Source: Octopus vulgaris
Taxonomy: Eukaryota
Length of the DNA: 64,000 bases
Assembly (NCBI GenBank): GCA_951406725.2
Contig: OX597816.1
Span: 155,682,001-155,746,000 of the forward strand
Direction of reading: 5' to 3'
Shown here: piece by piece, positions 51,320 to 63,997 of the stretch
Layout of the letters: the number at the start of each line of letters is the position of its first letter
Position numbering within the stretch: the stretch's first letter is position 1
The notes under the pieces: generated by a model
The model's database searches: none
What the model was told of the DNA's origin: nothing
The model's input: only the letters and a program-made list of their open reading frames with translations
Program-made: the position numbers and the translations under genes

Positions 51320-52348
51320 TCGTCTTTGGATTTCGTTTGCAAGATTCTTTATAAGATTTCGTGAGTTGAAGCATATTCTGTTATGTCTGGGGAAAGTTAT
51401 TTTCTTTTTGTGCCTTATAATTTAACACAGTCACCGGTAAAATTTCCACTGAATTCTTATTTTTATTTTCCTAAAATTTTCGTTGCGTCTTGCAACTTTT
51501 CAATAGTCTTGACTCTGTCCGTTATTTACACTACATTCTTTTTTGTTTGCTTGTGCGCATGCGTGTGGGTCAGTGTGTGTGCCTATGCATGCATGTATGT
51601 ATCTATATGTGTGTGTATGTATATATGTGTGTGTATGCATATGTATATATGTATGTGCATGCATCAGTATGTATTCTGCATATTCATGTGCTTGCATGTT
51701 CGTGTTTGTGTATTTTCTATGTATGCGTGTGTGTGAGAGCATGTGTTTGTATATGTATGCACCTCTGTCTCCTTGTGTGTGTTTTGCAACTATGTACCAT
51801 GTTTGTATGTATGGATGTGCATCTCCATATGTGTGGAGCTGTGTCTCCATATGTGTCCTTGTGTGGAGCAAAATGTGTGTATATATAGTCATGTGTTTCA
51901 GTCTCCATTTGCGTATGTGTGCTTGTCTGTTATCATAACCTATGTACCTTTCCGTCCGTATGTTGATCTGTTTATTTTCATATCCATATGCTTGCATACA
52001 AAAAAGACTACTATACACACACACACACACACACACACACATGCACACACTCACCACACATGCATGCAGTCACACAGATGCACACTCACACACACAGTTG
52101 CACGCATGCACACCCCCACATGCACACACAGACTCACATACACACACTGACACATGCACACACAGACTCACATACACACACTGACACATGCACACACAGA
52201 CTCACATACACACACTGACACATACACACAAACACACACTCACATACACACACTGACACATGCACACACACACTGACACATGCACACACACACTGACACA
52301 CATACACTGATATGCACACATGCACACAGACAGACACACATACACAAC

Positions 52349-53186
52349 AGGGTGTTTCACTACTAAATTTGGCAATTTTTTGAGAAACAGTTTAATGTAT
52401 TGGTGAACAGTGAATGGCTTTGGAGAACATAAACACTAAAGCTGTTTTTGAGAGAAAGCTAAAGAACATGGAAGAGTGGAAACCATCTGAATATTGGAAA
52501 AGATTTATGTGTGATGAGGATTTGTGCACAGAATCAAAATGACAACATCATGACTGCTGTTTAAAAGTTTAAGACGTGACAGGGACAACTGTAACAGAGA
52601 CTATGAAGCCATGTCCAGCAGGAAGAGACACAGCAGGCATTCTGACTGCATCTGCATGCTGGAATTCATCCCTATATCTTTGAACACATAGCCATCAATT
52701 CAAGTGTCCATGTGTAGTTACTAGAGACTCAATCCCTGGCTGAAGAGGGTTGTTGCTGGATGGACAATTGTGTAGCAGCAGGATTTGTCTCCTTGCCATA
52801 CCTATGGAGAGAATCAGAAGTGTTTATCAGAAAATTTATATGACTTCTCAAGCCCCAGTTTCTGACCTTCAAATTCCCCTTATTGTAATCCCATGAGTTA
52901 CTATGTGTGAGGCCTGATTGAGAAAGACACCAACTGCTTTGCAAGGAACTCCAAAGCCAAGCTGGTGACCACGGTCAAGGAGGTTTTCATGGAGAGACAC
53001 AGTGAGGAACACATGTGCCATATTCCAGAGCTGCCTTAAGACTGTAGGGAAGCTACTTTGAATAAATTGTTATCTACCATCTATAATCTAATTGATGTTT
53101 TCACTTTCTAAAATAATTTTATTTTTGGATGGGATATTGTTTTCTTTTCCTTTTATGCAAACTGTCAAATTTAGCCCAAACACCCA
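52349..53186 (+). mobile_element. Tc1/mariner (DD37D/maT-like) transposon remnant
   Basis: Imperfect TIRs gggtgttt...taaatttggcaatt / aactgtcaaatttag...aaacaccc; transposase relic QQDLSPCH...*PSNSPYCNPMSYYV*G; the same end occurs at 59203-59480 (-). Confidence 0.8.
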
Positions 53187-54013
53187 TCTGCACATCTATT
53201 CCTGAAACAGCTGTTACAAACTATCTGCATACCTTTCTTCCTACTTTCTTCTTATCCTGCTTTAGATTCAACCTACGATGACCAGCTTTACCTATCACCA
53301 ATAACTCAGACTTACTGTATAACTGTTCTGGGAGAATGATCGCATACACCATATCCATTATAAGATTTTTCAACCAATGTTTTATCGACCTCTAGTGATC
53401 TAAACTCCTGTAACATTCAATACTACCCTCATGTTGTATCAATTATAAAGCATATAAATGTCATAATCTGATTTGATACCAGTTGTTTGTCTGTTTATAC
53501 TTTCATTTTATTATAAACATAACTGCTTGATAGAAACACTGTCTTTAGCCAATCTTCATTAGACAACTATAACATTTCTGTATTTTTTAGTAGCAGTTCA
53601 AGCTGGTATTTAGGTAACAAATCCATATGAACACTAATTACATATTACTTGTGAGTTTCCTAGCAATGAAGTTTTGTTTCATGGGTTTTTTTGTCTTTTC
53701 CAGGCTACTTCACATGCTTTCAACAAATTTGACATTGAAATCACATGTAAACAGCTCCTTTCCCCGGAAAAGGAAAAATTTGGATGCTATTTCTTGTATG
53801 TCTTGCTACCACCTAACAGGTATTTCAGGTCCTTTATCACAAATAGCTGTTATGTGGTGGCAGAGTGTGCTACAAATAGCAGCCAAATCTTTGGCACTGA
53901 GATACACTGAATGCACTCAAAAAAATGTTTTTTATGGTATTCCCTGGGGGTAATATTTCACTTTGACTCTCAGAAATGTCAGCTGGTTTTTGTTCGTTAA
54001 CTTCCACAAAAAT

Positions 54014-54201
54014 TTTTTATTTATTCACTTTTGGTTTAAAGTGAAAGAGAGGAGAAAGTGAAAGATGTATGAATGTGTATATGAAATGGCTGTGTGTGTG
54101 TGTGAGAGAGAGAGAGAGAGTGCTACTTATACATACATTCTCTCTCTCTCACACACACATGCACATGAAAAGATGTATGCATGTATGCATGACAACACAC
54201 C

Positions 54202-54250
<49 letters not shown>

Positions 54251-54342
54251 ACACACACGCATCTGTTTCATATACATATACATACATCTTTCACATTCTC
54301 CACTCTTTCACTTTAAAACAAAAGTAAATAAATAGAATTTTT
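54014..54342. repeat. Inverted repeat (arms about 54014-54120 and 54208-54342)
   Basis: tttaaagtgaaagagaggagaaagtgaaagatgtatg...(GA)n versus (CT)n...catacatctttcacattctccactctttcactttaaa. Confidence 0.8.
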
Positions 54343-54900
54343 TACAGAAAATAACGACTTGAGGTAATTAAGAAAACATTAAAATATTGACTGTTTAAAG
54401 AAAGCTAAAATATGAATACTTACAGTACAAACAACTTAGATTTTTCAAATCACATAAAAATATTTCTAAATGACTTAAATATTGTGTACGTCAAAAAGTT
54501 AACGTGTTTTTTCTTAGAGAATGTAAAGACTATGTGTATGTATATGTCACAGATAGCAGACATGTGTTTGTGTTGATTGACTGCCATGACAATCATTATG
54601 AGTGTGTATTCTGTATGTTTGTTTGTGTGTTGGCGATACGGAAACCATGTTTTATTTCTTCAAGAAATAACAAACAAAAATTGTGTTTACTTCTTTTCAA
54701 TAATAAATAGAGAGCCAAATGTCACAAAAATTTGTACTGCACTGTCAAAGTTAAGTATAAAAATAAATATGCAAAAAAGAAGTTAAGATAAATTATACTG
54801 CTTCTGAGATATTTCGGGTACAAATATCCCTAGAGTTTTAGCATCATTAAGATATATATAGATATATATACATACATACACACACACATACATACATATA

Positions 54901-56275
54901 TCATCATCATCATCGTTTAACGTCTGTTTTCTGTGCTAGCACGGGTTGGATGGTTCGACCAGGGTCCAGGAAGCCAGGAGGCTGCACCAGGCTCCAGTCT
55001 GATCTGACAGAATTTCTACAGCTGGATGCCCTTCCTAATGCCAGCCATTCCGAGTGTAGTGGGTGCTTTTTACATGCCACCGGCACAGGTGCCAGGGGAG
55101 GCTGACAGCGGCCACGATCGGTTGTTGCTTTTTACATGCCCCCAGCACAGAAGCCAGTCAAGGCGGTGCTGGCATTGGCCACGTTTGGATGGTGCTTTTT
55201 ACATGGCACTGGCACAGGTATCACAACTACAATTTCCATTAGATATTTATTTTGATGTTGATGTACTTGACTCAATAGGTCTCCTCAAGCACAGCATGTC
55301 ACCCTACGATCTAAGGTGAGCACAGCAGGTCGTTCTGCAATCCAAAGTACTTTGGATGGGCTGGGGCTATGCGAAACTGGTGCAAGAAACAGCCATGAAC
55401 TCACATTATTTGTCGGGTCTTTGCAGTTACAGCATATCTCCAGAGATTTTGGTCTTTTGTCATTGCCTCTGTGAGGCCCAACGTTTGAAGGTCATGCTTG
55501 ACCACCTAATCCCATGTCTTCCTGGGTCTACCTATCCCCCGGATACCTTCAACTGTTTGGGAGTGGCACTTCTTCACACATCTCTCCTCATCCATCCATA
55601 ATACATGACCATACCAGTGTAAACGTCTCTCTTGCACACCACATCCAATGCTTCTTATGTCTACGTGTGTGCACACTGATATTGCACATCCAGCGGATCA
55701 TGCTAGCTTCATTTCTTTCAAGCCTACGCATGTCTTCTGCAGTCACAGCCTATGTTTCACTACCGTAAAGCATGGCAGTTCACATACATGCATTGTACAA
55801 TCTAACTTTCACTCTGAGTGACAGACCCTTTGTCACCAGTAGGAATAGAAGCTTTCTAAACTTTGCCCAGGCTATTCGTATACTAGTGGTGACACTCTCT
55901 GAGCATCCGCCTCCACTACTAACTTGGTCACCTAGGTAGTGGAAACTATCAACTACTTCTAGTTTCTCACCCTGGAGTATGATGGAATCTGTTTTCTGAG
56001 TATCTGTGGTGTCTATTGCCCCTGTGCATCTGCTGCACATGAAAGCTATCTTCTCGGTTAATTTTCCTTTGATGTTGCTGCACCTCTTATACATCCATAG
56101 CTTACACTAGGTAAATCTTATGGAGTTTCTACCTACACCTTTTCTACAGATCGATCAGGGCCACCTACCTGAGGGTGTGTGTGATGAGTTCACCTTCCTG
56201 CTTACTATAACTTTGGTCTTTGCTACATTTACTCTAAGGCCTTTTGATTCTAAACCTAGCTTCCCACCCGAAATT
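54901..56275 (-). mobile_element. RTE-clade LINE fragment, same family as 42700-44943
   Basis: [15 protein letters not shown]...GRWP; YKRCSNIKG...CSRC; YLGDQVSSGGGC; (CAT)n tail at 54901. Confidence 0.9.
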
Positions 56276-56347
56276 TTTACACGCATATATATATATATAT
56301 ATGTATATACATATACACACACACACAATATATATATATATATATAA

Positions 56348-56450
<103 letters not shown>

Positions 56451-56499
56451 TGCATATATATATATATATACACATAAACATACATACATATATATATAA

Positions 56500-56773
56500 G
56501 GAGCACTGTCGGTTATGAAATTAACGTGCAAGTGACTGAGCAATCCACAGACACACATACCCCTAACGTAGTTCTCAGGGAGATTCAGCATGACACAGAA
56601 TGTGACAAGGCTGGTCCTTTGAAATACAGGTACAACTCATTTTTGCCAGCTGAGTGGACTGGAGCAACGTGAAATAAAGTGTCTTGCTCAAGGACACAAT
56701 GCATCACCGGAAATCAAACTCACGACCTTACAATCGTGAGCCAAATGCCCTAACCACTAAGCCATGCCCCTTC
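56500..56773 (-). mobile_element. Family D-related SINE
   Basis: tgaaggggcatggcttagtggttaggg...gagtttgatttcc...ttgagcaagacact. Confidence 0.75.
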
Positions 56774-57858
56774 ACATATATCAGGCATGTGCCATCAGTA
56801 ATTACTCAAAGTAGGCAGTTGGTGACGTTTATATAGTAAAACACACATACGAAAAAAAGCGAAACAGGCACGCAATTCAGTTGGAGGCAGATTTACTTCT
56901 GCCTTTATAGTATGTAAAGAAAGCGCATTAGGAATGTACGCAGCATGAGTTCTATAGCAATATTATGTGTAGCTTTAATACTGAGACTGAAAGGCAGAGG
57001 TGAATTATGTCTACCTAATCTATAAAAAAATATTTTGTATTTTATGCATAGCAATCAGAGTAACCTTCATAATTTTATTGAATTTGGTGCATATTTTGTC
57101 ATAAAAGAAAAATGTTACCATTAATCTATTTTATTCAGGGTAGGCACTGCCTACCTTGCCTACCAGGGCAGCACATCCCTGATGTATGTATGTATGCATA
57201 CATACATACATATATTCATTGGCGATATGGTGTGCTTGAGAAGACTCGTGAAATTGTAGTTGTGGCTGTTGTTCATGTCATGCAAATGGCACTCGTGAAT
57301 TTGTAGTCTGGCTGTTGCTGGTAGCATGATTCTTTGAATGTTGGGTCCCACGAGGTAATGACAAGTGACTGAGATCTTTGGAGATGCTGTGCTGAGGAGA
57401 CTTGTCAAACCAAGAGAAGTTGTAGTCATAGTCGTGGCCATTGCCGGTGTTATGTAAAAGCACCTGTTGCCGTCAGGAAGGGCCTCCAGCCATAGAAACC
57501 ATGCCAATTCGGACTGGAACACACATGTTATGATAATGATGATGATATATATATACCATCCCCTTTCACCTTGGGTGTTATTAGGGGAAAACATTTTGCT
57601 GCAAGCATTCAAGACGATTTTCTGGTTTGAAGATATCTTCCTTCTTCCCATCAGTTTTAGAGGGCCTGTAATGTGTTATGAGCATTGCCTATCTTCCTGA
57701 CTACAAGACAAAATAAAGGAGAGAGAAAAAAAGGTGACTAAAACCATCCTTCTAAGTATATATCTCATTACATCTCTCACAAAGTCACTATAACCGAACA
57801 CACAAATGCATCGCTGAACATTAACCCCAATCATTTCACTAGTCCATGAGAGCTGTCC

Positions 57859-58348
57859 GATCTTTGACTAACTAAATAGTATAATGCAATGCAACAACTG
57901 TTTTGATTATAATTATGGGTGACAATTTCATACGACACCGCTACGGAAAATGGGATTTTTTTCTAGCAGTGTCAAATGAAAATGTCACCCATAATTATGG
58001 CCCTAGTATCGATCTATTGCATTTCAATCTATTTTAGATTTAGGGTTAGGGGTTGGGGAAGGGTATCTTTTTTTTCTTCACAAATGTAAATAAACCAAAT
58101 CTGTTTCTCAAAGGAAGGACATATTCATTATGCACAGAATGTTATTTACGTCAATGGAGGAAATTGATTGGTTAAAATTGCCGAAATGCAAGAAATTTCA
58201 GACGAAATATCTTACAAACTAAAGAATTTTCTCAATAAAGCCAAGAGAAAATAATGTTTTATAAACACATTCTACCAGTATACGAAGTTTAAAACTTTTG
58301 AGTTATCTAGAAATTATGTTACAAAGTGCCGTTCAAAAGGAAAAGATC
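57859..58348. mobile_element. Non-autonomous DNA element with an internal hairpin and TTAGGG-like tract
   Basis: Terminal gatctt/aagatc; about 42 bp inverted repeat at 57909-57998; ttagggttaggggtt at about 58040. Confidence 0.5.
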
Positions 58349-58505
58349 ACTGTTTTTTTGTTTTTTAGTAAGAGAATTGGTGTACCTATATATGTGAGTA
58401 TAAGCATACATATATACAAGCGGAAGTAGGTTTGTGTGAGTGCGCGCGCGCTAATTTCTGCTTTACGTGAAAAATCAATTAAAACAAGATTAACGTATTA
58501 TTTAC

Positions 58506-58769
58506 TTGGACGGTTTGAGTGGCGGTACAACAGACCGGAGAAATGAATGAATCATCAATTCTGAAACTTCTCTGGGACAGTTTCACATCTTGTCTATGTT
58601 GAATTTCAGACCAAACGGTTTCCAATATCTCATTTAGTATTTTATCCAGCATCCGATATGGTTGCGGTAACGTATCTCTCCATAGTTCTGGATCTGCTAA
58701 ATAATAGTCACTACGGCTGGCATTGGATGAGGATTTCTTGTCGAAGCTTCTTGATACACGGGGAATCAT
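58506..58769 (-). CDS. WDR93: WD repeat-containing protein 93 (ciliary, CFAP297-like), first coding exon
   Basis: ATG at 58769; 88 codons MIPRVSRSFD...YYLADPELWRDTLPQPYRMLDKILNEILETVWSEI...TQTVQ. The DP...D.LPQPYRM..K motif matches the WDR93 N-terminus as I recall it; donor CAA|gtaaat, phase 0. Confidence 0.88.
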
Positions 58770-58957
58770 TTTGTTGTTTATGCCCAACGATATCGCATAA
58801 ACGGAAGGACAGACACACGGAGTATCGTTACGTACTTCTTAATATATCCAACTTATAACAAATAATAACTATAATTTGTGTTCGATACTACATATCAACA
58901 TGTGGAACCAGTCAAATAAATAATTACAAAACAATGTGATCGCGTTTGTTCATGCTT

Positions 58958-58971
58958 GTTCCCTTAGCAAC
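58958..58971. promoter_or_regulatory. RFX X-box in the WDR93 promoter
   Basis: GTTCCCTTAGCAAC fits the X-box consensus GTTNCC-N(0-3)-RGYAAC; about 190 bp upstream of the ATG. Confidence 0.7.
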
Positions 58972-59202
58972 GGCGTACATACAATACGAGCTAAGGGAAG
59001 TAAGTCAGAAATAAACAGGAATTATTTCCCTTGTCATGTTCAAATTGTCATTGGAACTAAGGACCGGTTTTCCTTGGTGCGACGTACCATCGAGTCAATG
59101 TACATGCTTCTATTTTGATTATCTATTTACTTCACCCCGTTTTCTTACTGCTTACCCATACAAACTGTATCAGGTTTTACTCTTACGTATACATATATAT
59201 AC

Positions 59203-59480
59203 AAGGTGTTCGGGATAAATTTGACAGTTTATTCCAACGCGATATTCCATCCAAAATTAAATTATTTTAAAAAAATCTAAAATTGTCCGCCAGTTGATAG
59301 TTGTGAGATAACAGTTTACTCAAAGTATCCGTATCCATCTTTTACCACAGCCTCAAGACAACTCCAGAACCTGGTGTGTGCATTCCTCACTGTATCCCCG
59401 AGAAGATCTGCCAAACACCTCCTTGATCTTGGCCACAAACTCGGGCTGTGTTGCTGGATGAGCATTTGGTCTATTTTTCA
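59203..59480 (-). mobile_element. Tc1/mariner terminal fragment
   Basis: aaggtgttcgggataaatttgacagtt matches the TIR of 52349-53186; internal sequence is the reverse complement of about 52920-53050. Confidence 0.65.
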
Positions 59481-60032
59481 ACTTTTCAACTGTCCACCAC
59501 TCATAGAGCATTGAACAGCAGTCATGATGTCAGTATTTTAATATCTGGCATGAATTATCGTGATGTAAATAACTCTTTCTCAATATTCCATTAGCTTCCA
59601 GACCCCTATGTTAAGTAAATTTTTTTCTACTGCAACTTTAACCTTTTTGTTCGCCTACGCTGTTGACTATTCACCAATACATCAAGCTGTTTCTGAAAAA
59701 GAGAGGCTTAAAAAAAAAAAAACGTCAGATTTAACCTGAAAACTCTACACAAACACACACACACACAAACACACATATATATATATATAAGAAAATGGAG
59801 AAACAAACGCATCAATTGGACCACATTTATAACTTGTTTTTTAATACAAAGCATGAAATAACAAATAGGTGATGTAACATATCTTACAGCCATTTCTGAT
59901 CCGTTTCCCAAATGCCATTTATAAATAAATACGAGAATAAAGTTCTTTATCTTCATAGGAAATTTGAATTAAGGAATTATTGCTGGGATCTGACAGACAC
60001 ACAGACAGACAAACTGCCGTTTATATATATAA

Positions 60033-60880
60033 TAACAAACTGTTAAATATTAATACATTTACTAATACTAACATTAATTTAGCTACTACCATCCAACCCT
60101 CTAGAAATATTAATAACAAGGTTATTGTATCTGAAGTCAATCCCAATAGAATTAAATTTATGTCAAGTAACTCTAAGATTAAAAATTCTATATACCAGTG
60201 TATAATCAGTACTCGTAATAAAGTACGATTTTACATTGGAAGCACATCGTTAGAGTTATCTAAGAGAATTTCTATCCATTACTCAACATTTAGGGATAGA
60301 AATAAACGGAATAGTACCGGTCTCAGCAAACTGATTTGGAATTTAAAAGACCACAATGAACAATTTCATTTGGAATGGTTGATCCTCTCAATTTCGATAC
60401 CATATGACAAAGGCAAGAAATTCTGTCTTCTCTGCAATTCTGAGCTATTTTTCATTATTTTTTCTAAAAATACTCTAGTAAACACGGTTATAGAACGAGC
60501 ATACAGATGTAAGCATTGGCAAAAACATACTTTTAGTGCATATAAGTAGTCTCTATCATTATATATAGTTTAGACTTTAATTTCCTTTATATTTAACATT
60601 CACTATTAATATCCCTACTCTTTCTGTTAGCTACTTATGACGTTATATCATATAACGTTTTTTTAAACAATATTAATAGCGTTCTGTCTATCGCTATACG
60701 AATCCATCATTTTTTGCTAAAATGTCGTATTGACAAGTTTCGTTTTTTCACTTTCCCGAAGAGAAGATTGCATTGTTTATACCTTTTATTCTTTTGAATA
60801 AGTATCAGTGGAATTTTTGAAACATATGTAGAAAGAAAAAATACTTGTTTAAACCTGCGTTAACTCTATTTTTTATTCCT
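60033..60880 (+). mobile_element. 5'-truncated Penelope-like element: GIY-YIG endonuclease + 3' UTR with HHR
   Basis: SIYQC...FYIGST...KRISIH...STGLSKLIW.LK...CLLCNSE...RCKH, stop at 60547-60549. Confidence 0.88.
60751..60835 (+). ncRNA. Type I hammerhead ribozyme motif with long stem II
   Basis: ctttc-CCGAAGA-[GAAGATT.CATTG..ATAC..TTATTC tttt GAATAA GTAT CAGTG.AATTTTT]-GAAAC-atat-GTA-gaaag; perfect 5 bp stem I; palindromic CATATG; one core change (U4C). Confidence 0.75.
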
Positions 60881-62505
60881 ATATATATATATATATATAT
60901 ATATTCTCACACACATGTACATGAACAACATTCGCTAATTCTTGAGGAGGATTACATTTGCAACATTGACTAATTCCCAAAGAGGGATCATAACCCTGAA
61001 ATATTGAATGCAGGATAAGTGACCATTCATTCATATGCCGGTTTTCTTGTGATTTGCCTTGATTTATTTCCCATTGTTCCAGTCTTACCCACAAATTTCG
61101 TATAATATATATATACACACACATACACACATATGTATTCATGTATGTATGTATGTACATGTCATATTTATGTGGTATATGAGGGTTATCTTAACAAGAC
61201 CTGTGTACAAATACTCAATTAAAATATGCTCCACACACAATACACATCATTATCGAGTTAATAAGAAGGAAGAGACAGAAATGTTGCAATCATGTAATTA
61301 AAAGAGGGTATAATTTTCAAAACATTGACATTGAAGAGTCTAGTATAACATCAATGTAAAACTGAGTGGTATAAACCTATGCCAAAATTGTGTGATTTTG
61401 CTCAATAAATTAGGCTATATTTTCAAAATATCAATGCATTTAAGTTTATTGATCTTGAATTCGATTGTTGAAGTCAGCAATAGAGTGGAAGTGACAATGG
61501 AACTAAAAATTTAGAACTTTAGAAAAATATTGATGTAACTCAAAGATTTGAGTTCAATTTCTGAAACAACTTGATGTTTCATTGATTTGGTTTTGTTATA
61601 TTAAGTATATGTTATGAACTTGATTTAATTTTATTAATTATCCTCTTATGAAAATTAATTTTCTTTGTATCTAAGAGAAATCAATATTTAAATTTCCAAA
61701 ACAGAACTTATAACATTATTTGGATGATGGACCTGGTAAAGTGCCTGAGGTTTGCAATTACCTTCCTTTTCATTTTGCACTCAAATACCACCTTCTATCC
61801 TTATGGGGTGGTGGGGGTTAATAAAATAATTATCTATTTTGTACTTGATTAATGCATTTCATCAATTTTCCACCGAATTTTATCACCTTGTGCCAACATC
61901 AGTAGTCTAACATTAAAGAATGTAACCATTTCATAACTTTAATTAATCTTCTCGTGAAAATTCTTTGGGTGGGTTTAAATTTGAAGTGAATCACAGCATA
62001 TATGTGTTATTTTGCCATTTTTGACTGATTGGGCCATTGAGAGTTTTGGTCAATCATGTTGACCTGAGTAGTGATTCTGGTCTGGTGCTTACTTTATCGA
62101 CCTCTTGTTATTGAAATGTTAAGTGACAGCTTTTGATATGACAGACACACAATTCTGCACCAGGACTTATTCAAAAAACAACACCAAAAAAACAAAAAAC
62201 AAAAAAAAAAACAGTATTATCCAAAAACATAAACGTACATGCAGTCTCTCTCTCTCTCACACATACACCTACACACATTGTAACACCTTAATTGTTGTCA
62301 GGGCTTCGATTTTGCATAATAGATTTAATGGATTTTAATTTAGGTTCATTTTTTCATATTCTCTCTCTGGAAAGCATCTTACGGTCATTTGGTTCAAAAT
62401 AACTCATGCTAAATCATAAGAAGTTCGAGGAAGCCATTGTTTTAAATGTAAAGAACCTTCTATTTCCTTACACTGAAACTATCTCCTATCTCTGTGATTA
62501 CTAGT

Positions 62506-62790
62506 ATCTTGGGGTTAGTAGCCCATGCTCTTAACCACTATGCTATATGCCATGGCTAGGAGTGCAGGCTACTAACCCCAAGAATCCGAGTTCAATTCCA
62601 GGCAGTGACCTGAATAATAATAATAATAACAACAACATCGAAAAATACCTTAGGAATGAGAACTCAGGTTCGAAATTTCCCCCAAGACACCTGATGAAGG
62701 CTGGAGGGTATACCAGCTGAAACGTGTTAACAACAAACAAGATGGGGACAAATATCCGTCAAATGCAAATAATGTAAATAATATAAATAA
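62506..62790 (+). mobile_element. Second copy of the fold-back tRNA-like / hammerhead element
   Basis: Same inversion centre as 12365-12725; gagttcaattcc box B; gacac-CTGATGA-AGGCTGG...CCAGCT-GAAAC-gtgtt at 62686-62728. Confidence 0.78.
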
Positions 62791-62844
62791 TATATATATA
62801 TATCATCATCATCATCATCATCGTTTAGCGTCCGTTTTCCATGC

Positions 62845-62970
62845 TAAGGTAATAGAAGAAATGGAGCAACATGTAACAATTAGAAGTTGATCATCAGTAT
62901 TGAATGATTATTCAATACTAATGGTTAACTTCTAATTGTTATGTGTTGCTCCTTTTCTTCTCTTACCTTA
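62845..62970. repeat. Fold-back of about 62 bp arms
   Basis: taaggtaatagaagaaatggagcaaca...agtattgaat / attcaatact...tgttgctccttttcttctcttacctta. Confidence 0.85.
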
Positions 62971-63118
62971 TCTGAATATATTAAATCACGGTTTATCATT
63001 TAAATTGCCAACTACTGTTAATCTTAAGCAAGGCCTATACGTAGTTAGGTAATGCACGAGTAGTGCCTATGGATATATTTATCCCTTAGACGGTTGCATA
63101 ACCTCTAACTCATAATTT

Positions 63119-63161
<43 letters not shown>

Positions 63162-63186
63162 GTTAAATCATAGAACATTAAAGTGA

Positions 63187-63271
63187 AGACCCTGAAGAAA
63201 CTACACCAGTATTATTATAGAGTTACCATTGCAACAATTACTAACTGATGCGTAGAAACATGTGTAGGCCT
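63187..63271 (+). ncRNA. Hammerhead-like motif with intact core and long stem II
   Basis: agacc-CTGAAGA-aacTAC.CCAGT...ACTG..cGTA-GAAAC-atgt-GTA-ggcct; palindromic ACATGT; one stem I mismatch. Confidence 0.6.
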
Positions 63272-63347
63272 ATTTGAAGCTGTATATATATATTTAAAAA
63301 AAGAATTCAAGGTAGCGCTATGCCCCTTCATAATAATCCTTTTCATC

Positions 63348-63380
<33 letters not shown>

Positions 63381-63916
63381 GAGTGAGAGAGCAGTGCATG
63401 CCATCAAAGTGACACTGGAGTAAAATATACGAAGCCCAGTATACCCATCATGACTACCCGTCTGATAAGGGTATACCAGGCACATGCATCACAACCATAT
63501 GTGTGATCTCATCTCAAGATAAACAGCGCATGACCTTGTAGGTGGGGCCCAGTTAGAATTTTCCACAGGTCGAATAGCCCATCCCACTCAAAAGGTCCCT
63601 GAATAAGGGTTGTTTAAGGATGATGAACAAAACACCCATGTGAATTATCCAAACCCCAAAGAATTCCTCTCAAAACATGGTTATGATGCTCCCCAACTAC
63701 TTCTGTAAATGATCAGAGATGCACATATCGTTAGCCACCAGGGAACATGCTCAACTGGTTAAGGTCAAGCAACTGACAAGCAAATCAGTGGTATTGAGCA
63801 GAATATTTGCTGTAGCCCATCTTTTATACCAAGACAAAACAATGTACATAATAACACTTCCAATCAGTTAAGATCAGAAGCCATGAGAGCTACATCCTGG
63901 TACTGCATCAGGGCAT
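63381..63916. mobile_element. ~520 bp (ATT)n-inserted element, second copy
   Basis: Colinear with 22918-23437. Confidence 0.8.
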
Positions 63917-63947
63917 GTTATTATTGTTGTTGTTGGTGTTGTTGTTA

Positions 63948-63997
<50 letters not shown>

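Larger units (their letters stand above)
58400..59150 (-). promoter_or_regulatory. CpG-retaining promoter / first-exon region
   Basis: Visibly more CpG than the CpG-depleted introns (gcgcgcgcgc at 58442, many cg in 58600-59100); surrounds the start codon. Confidence 0.55.

Noticed and set aside
58036-58060. Interstitial telomere
   Set aside because: Only 2-3 imperfect TTAGGG units inside a small DNA element.
58770-58787. ORF-track start MGINNK for the WDR93 exon
   Set aside because: Relies on a TTG start; the first in-frame ATG is at 58769.
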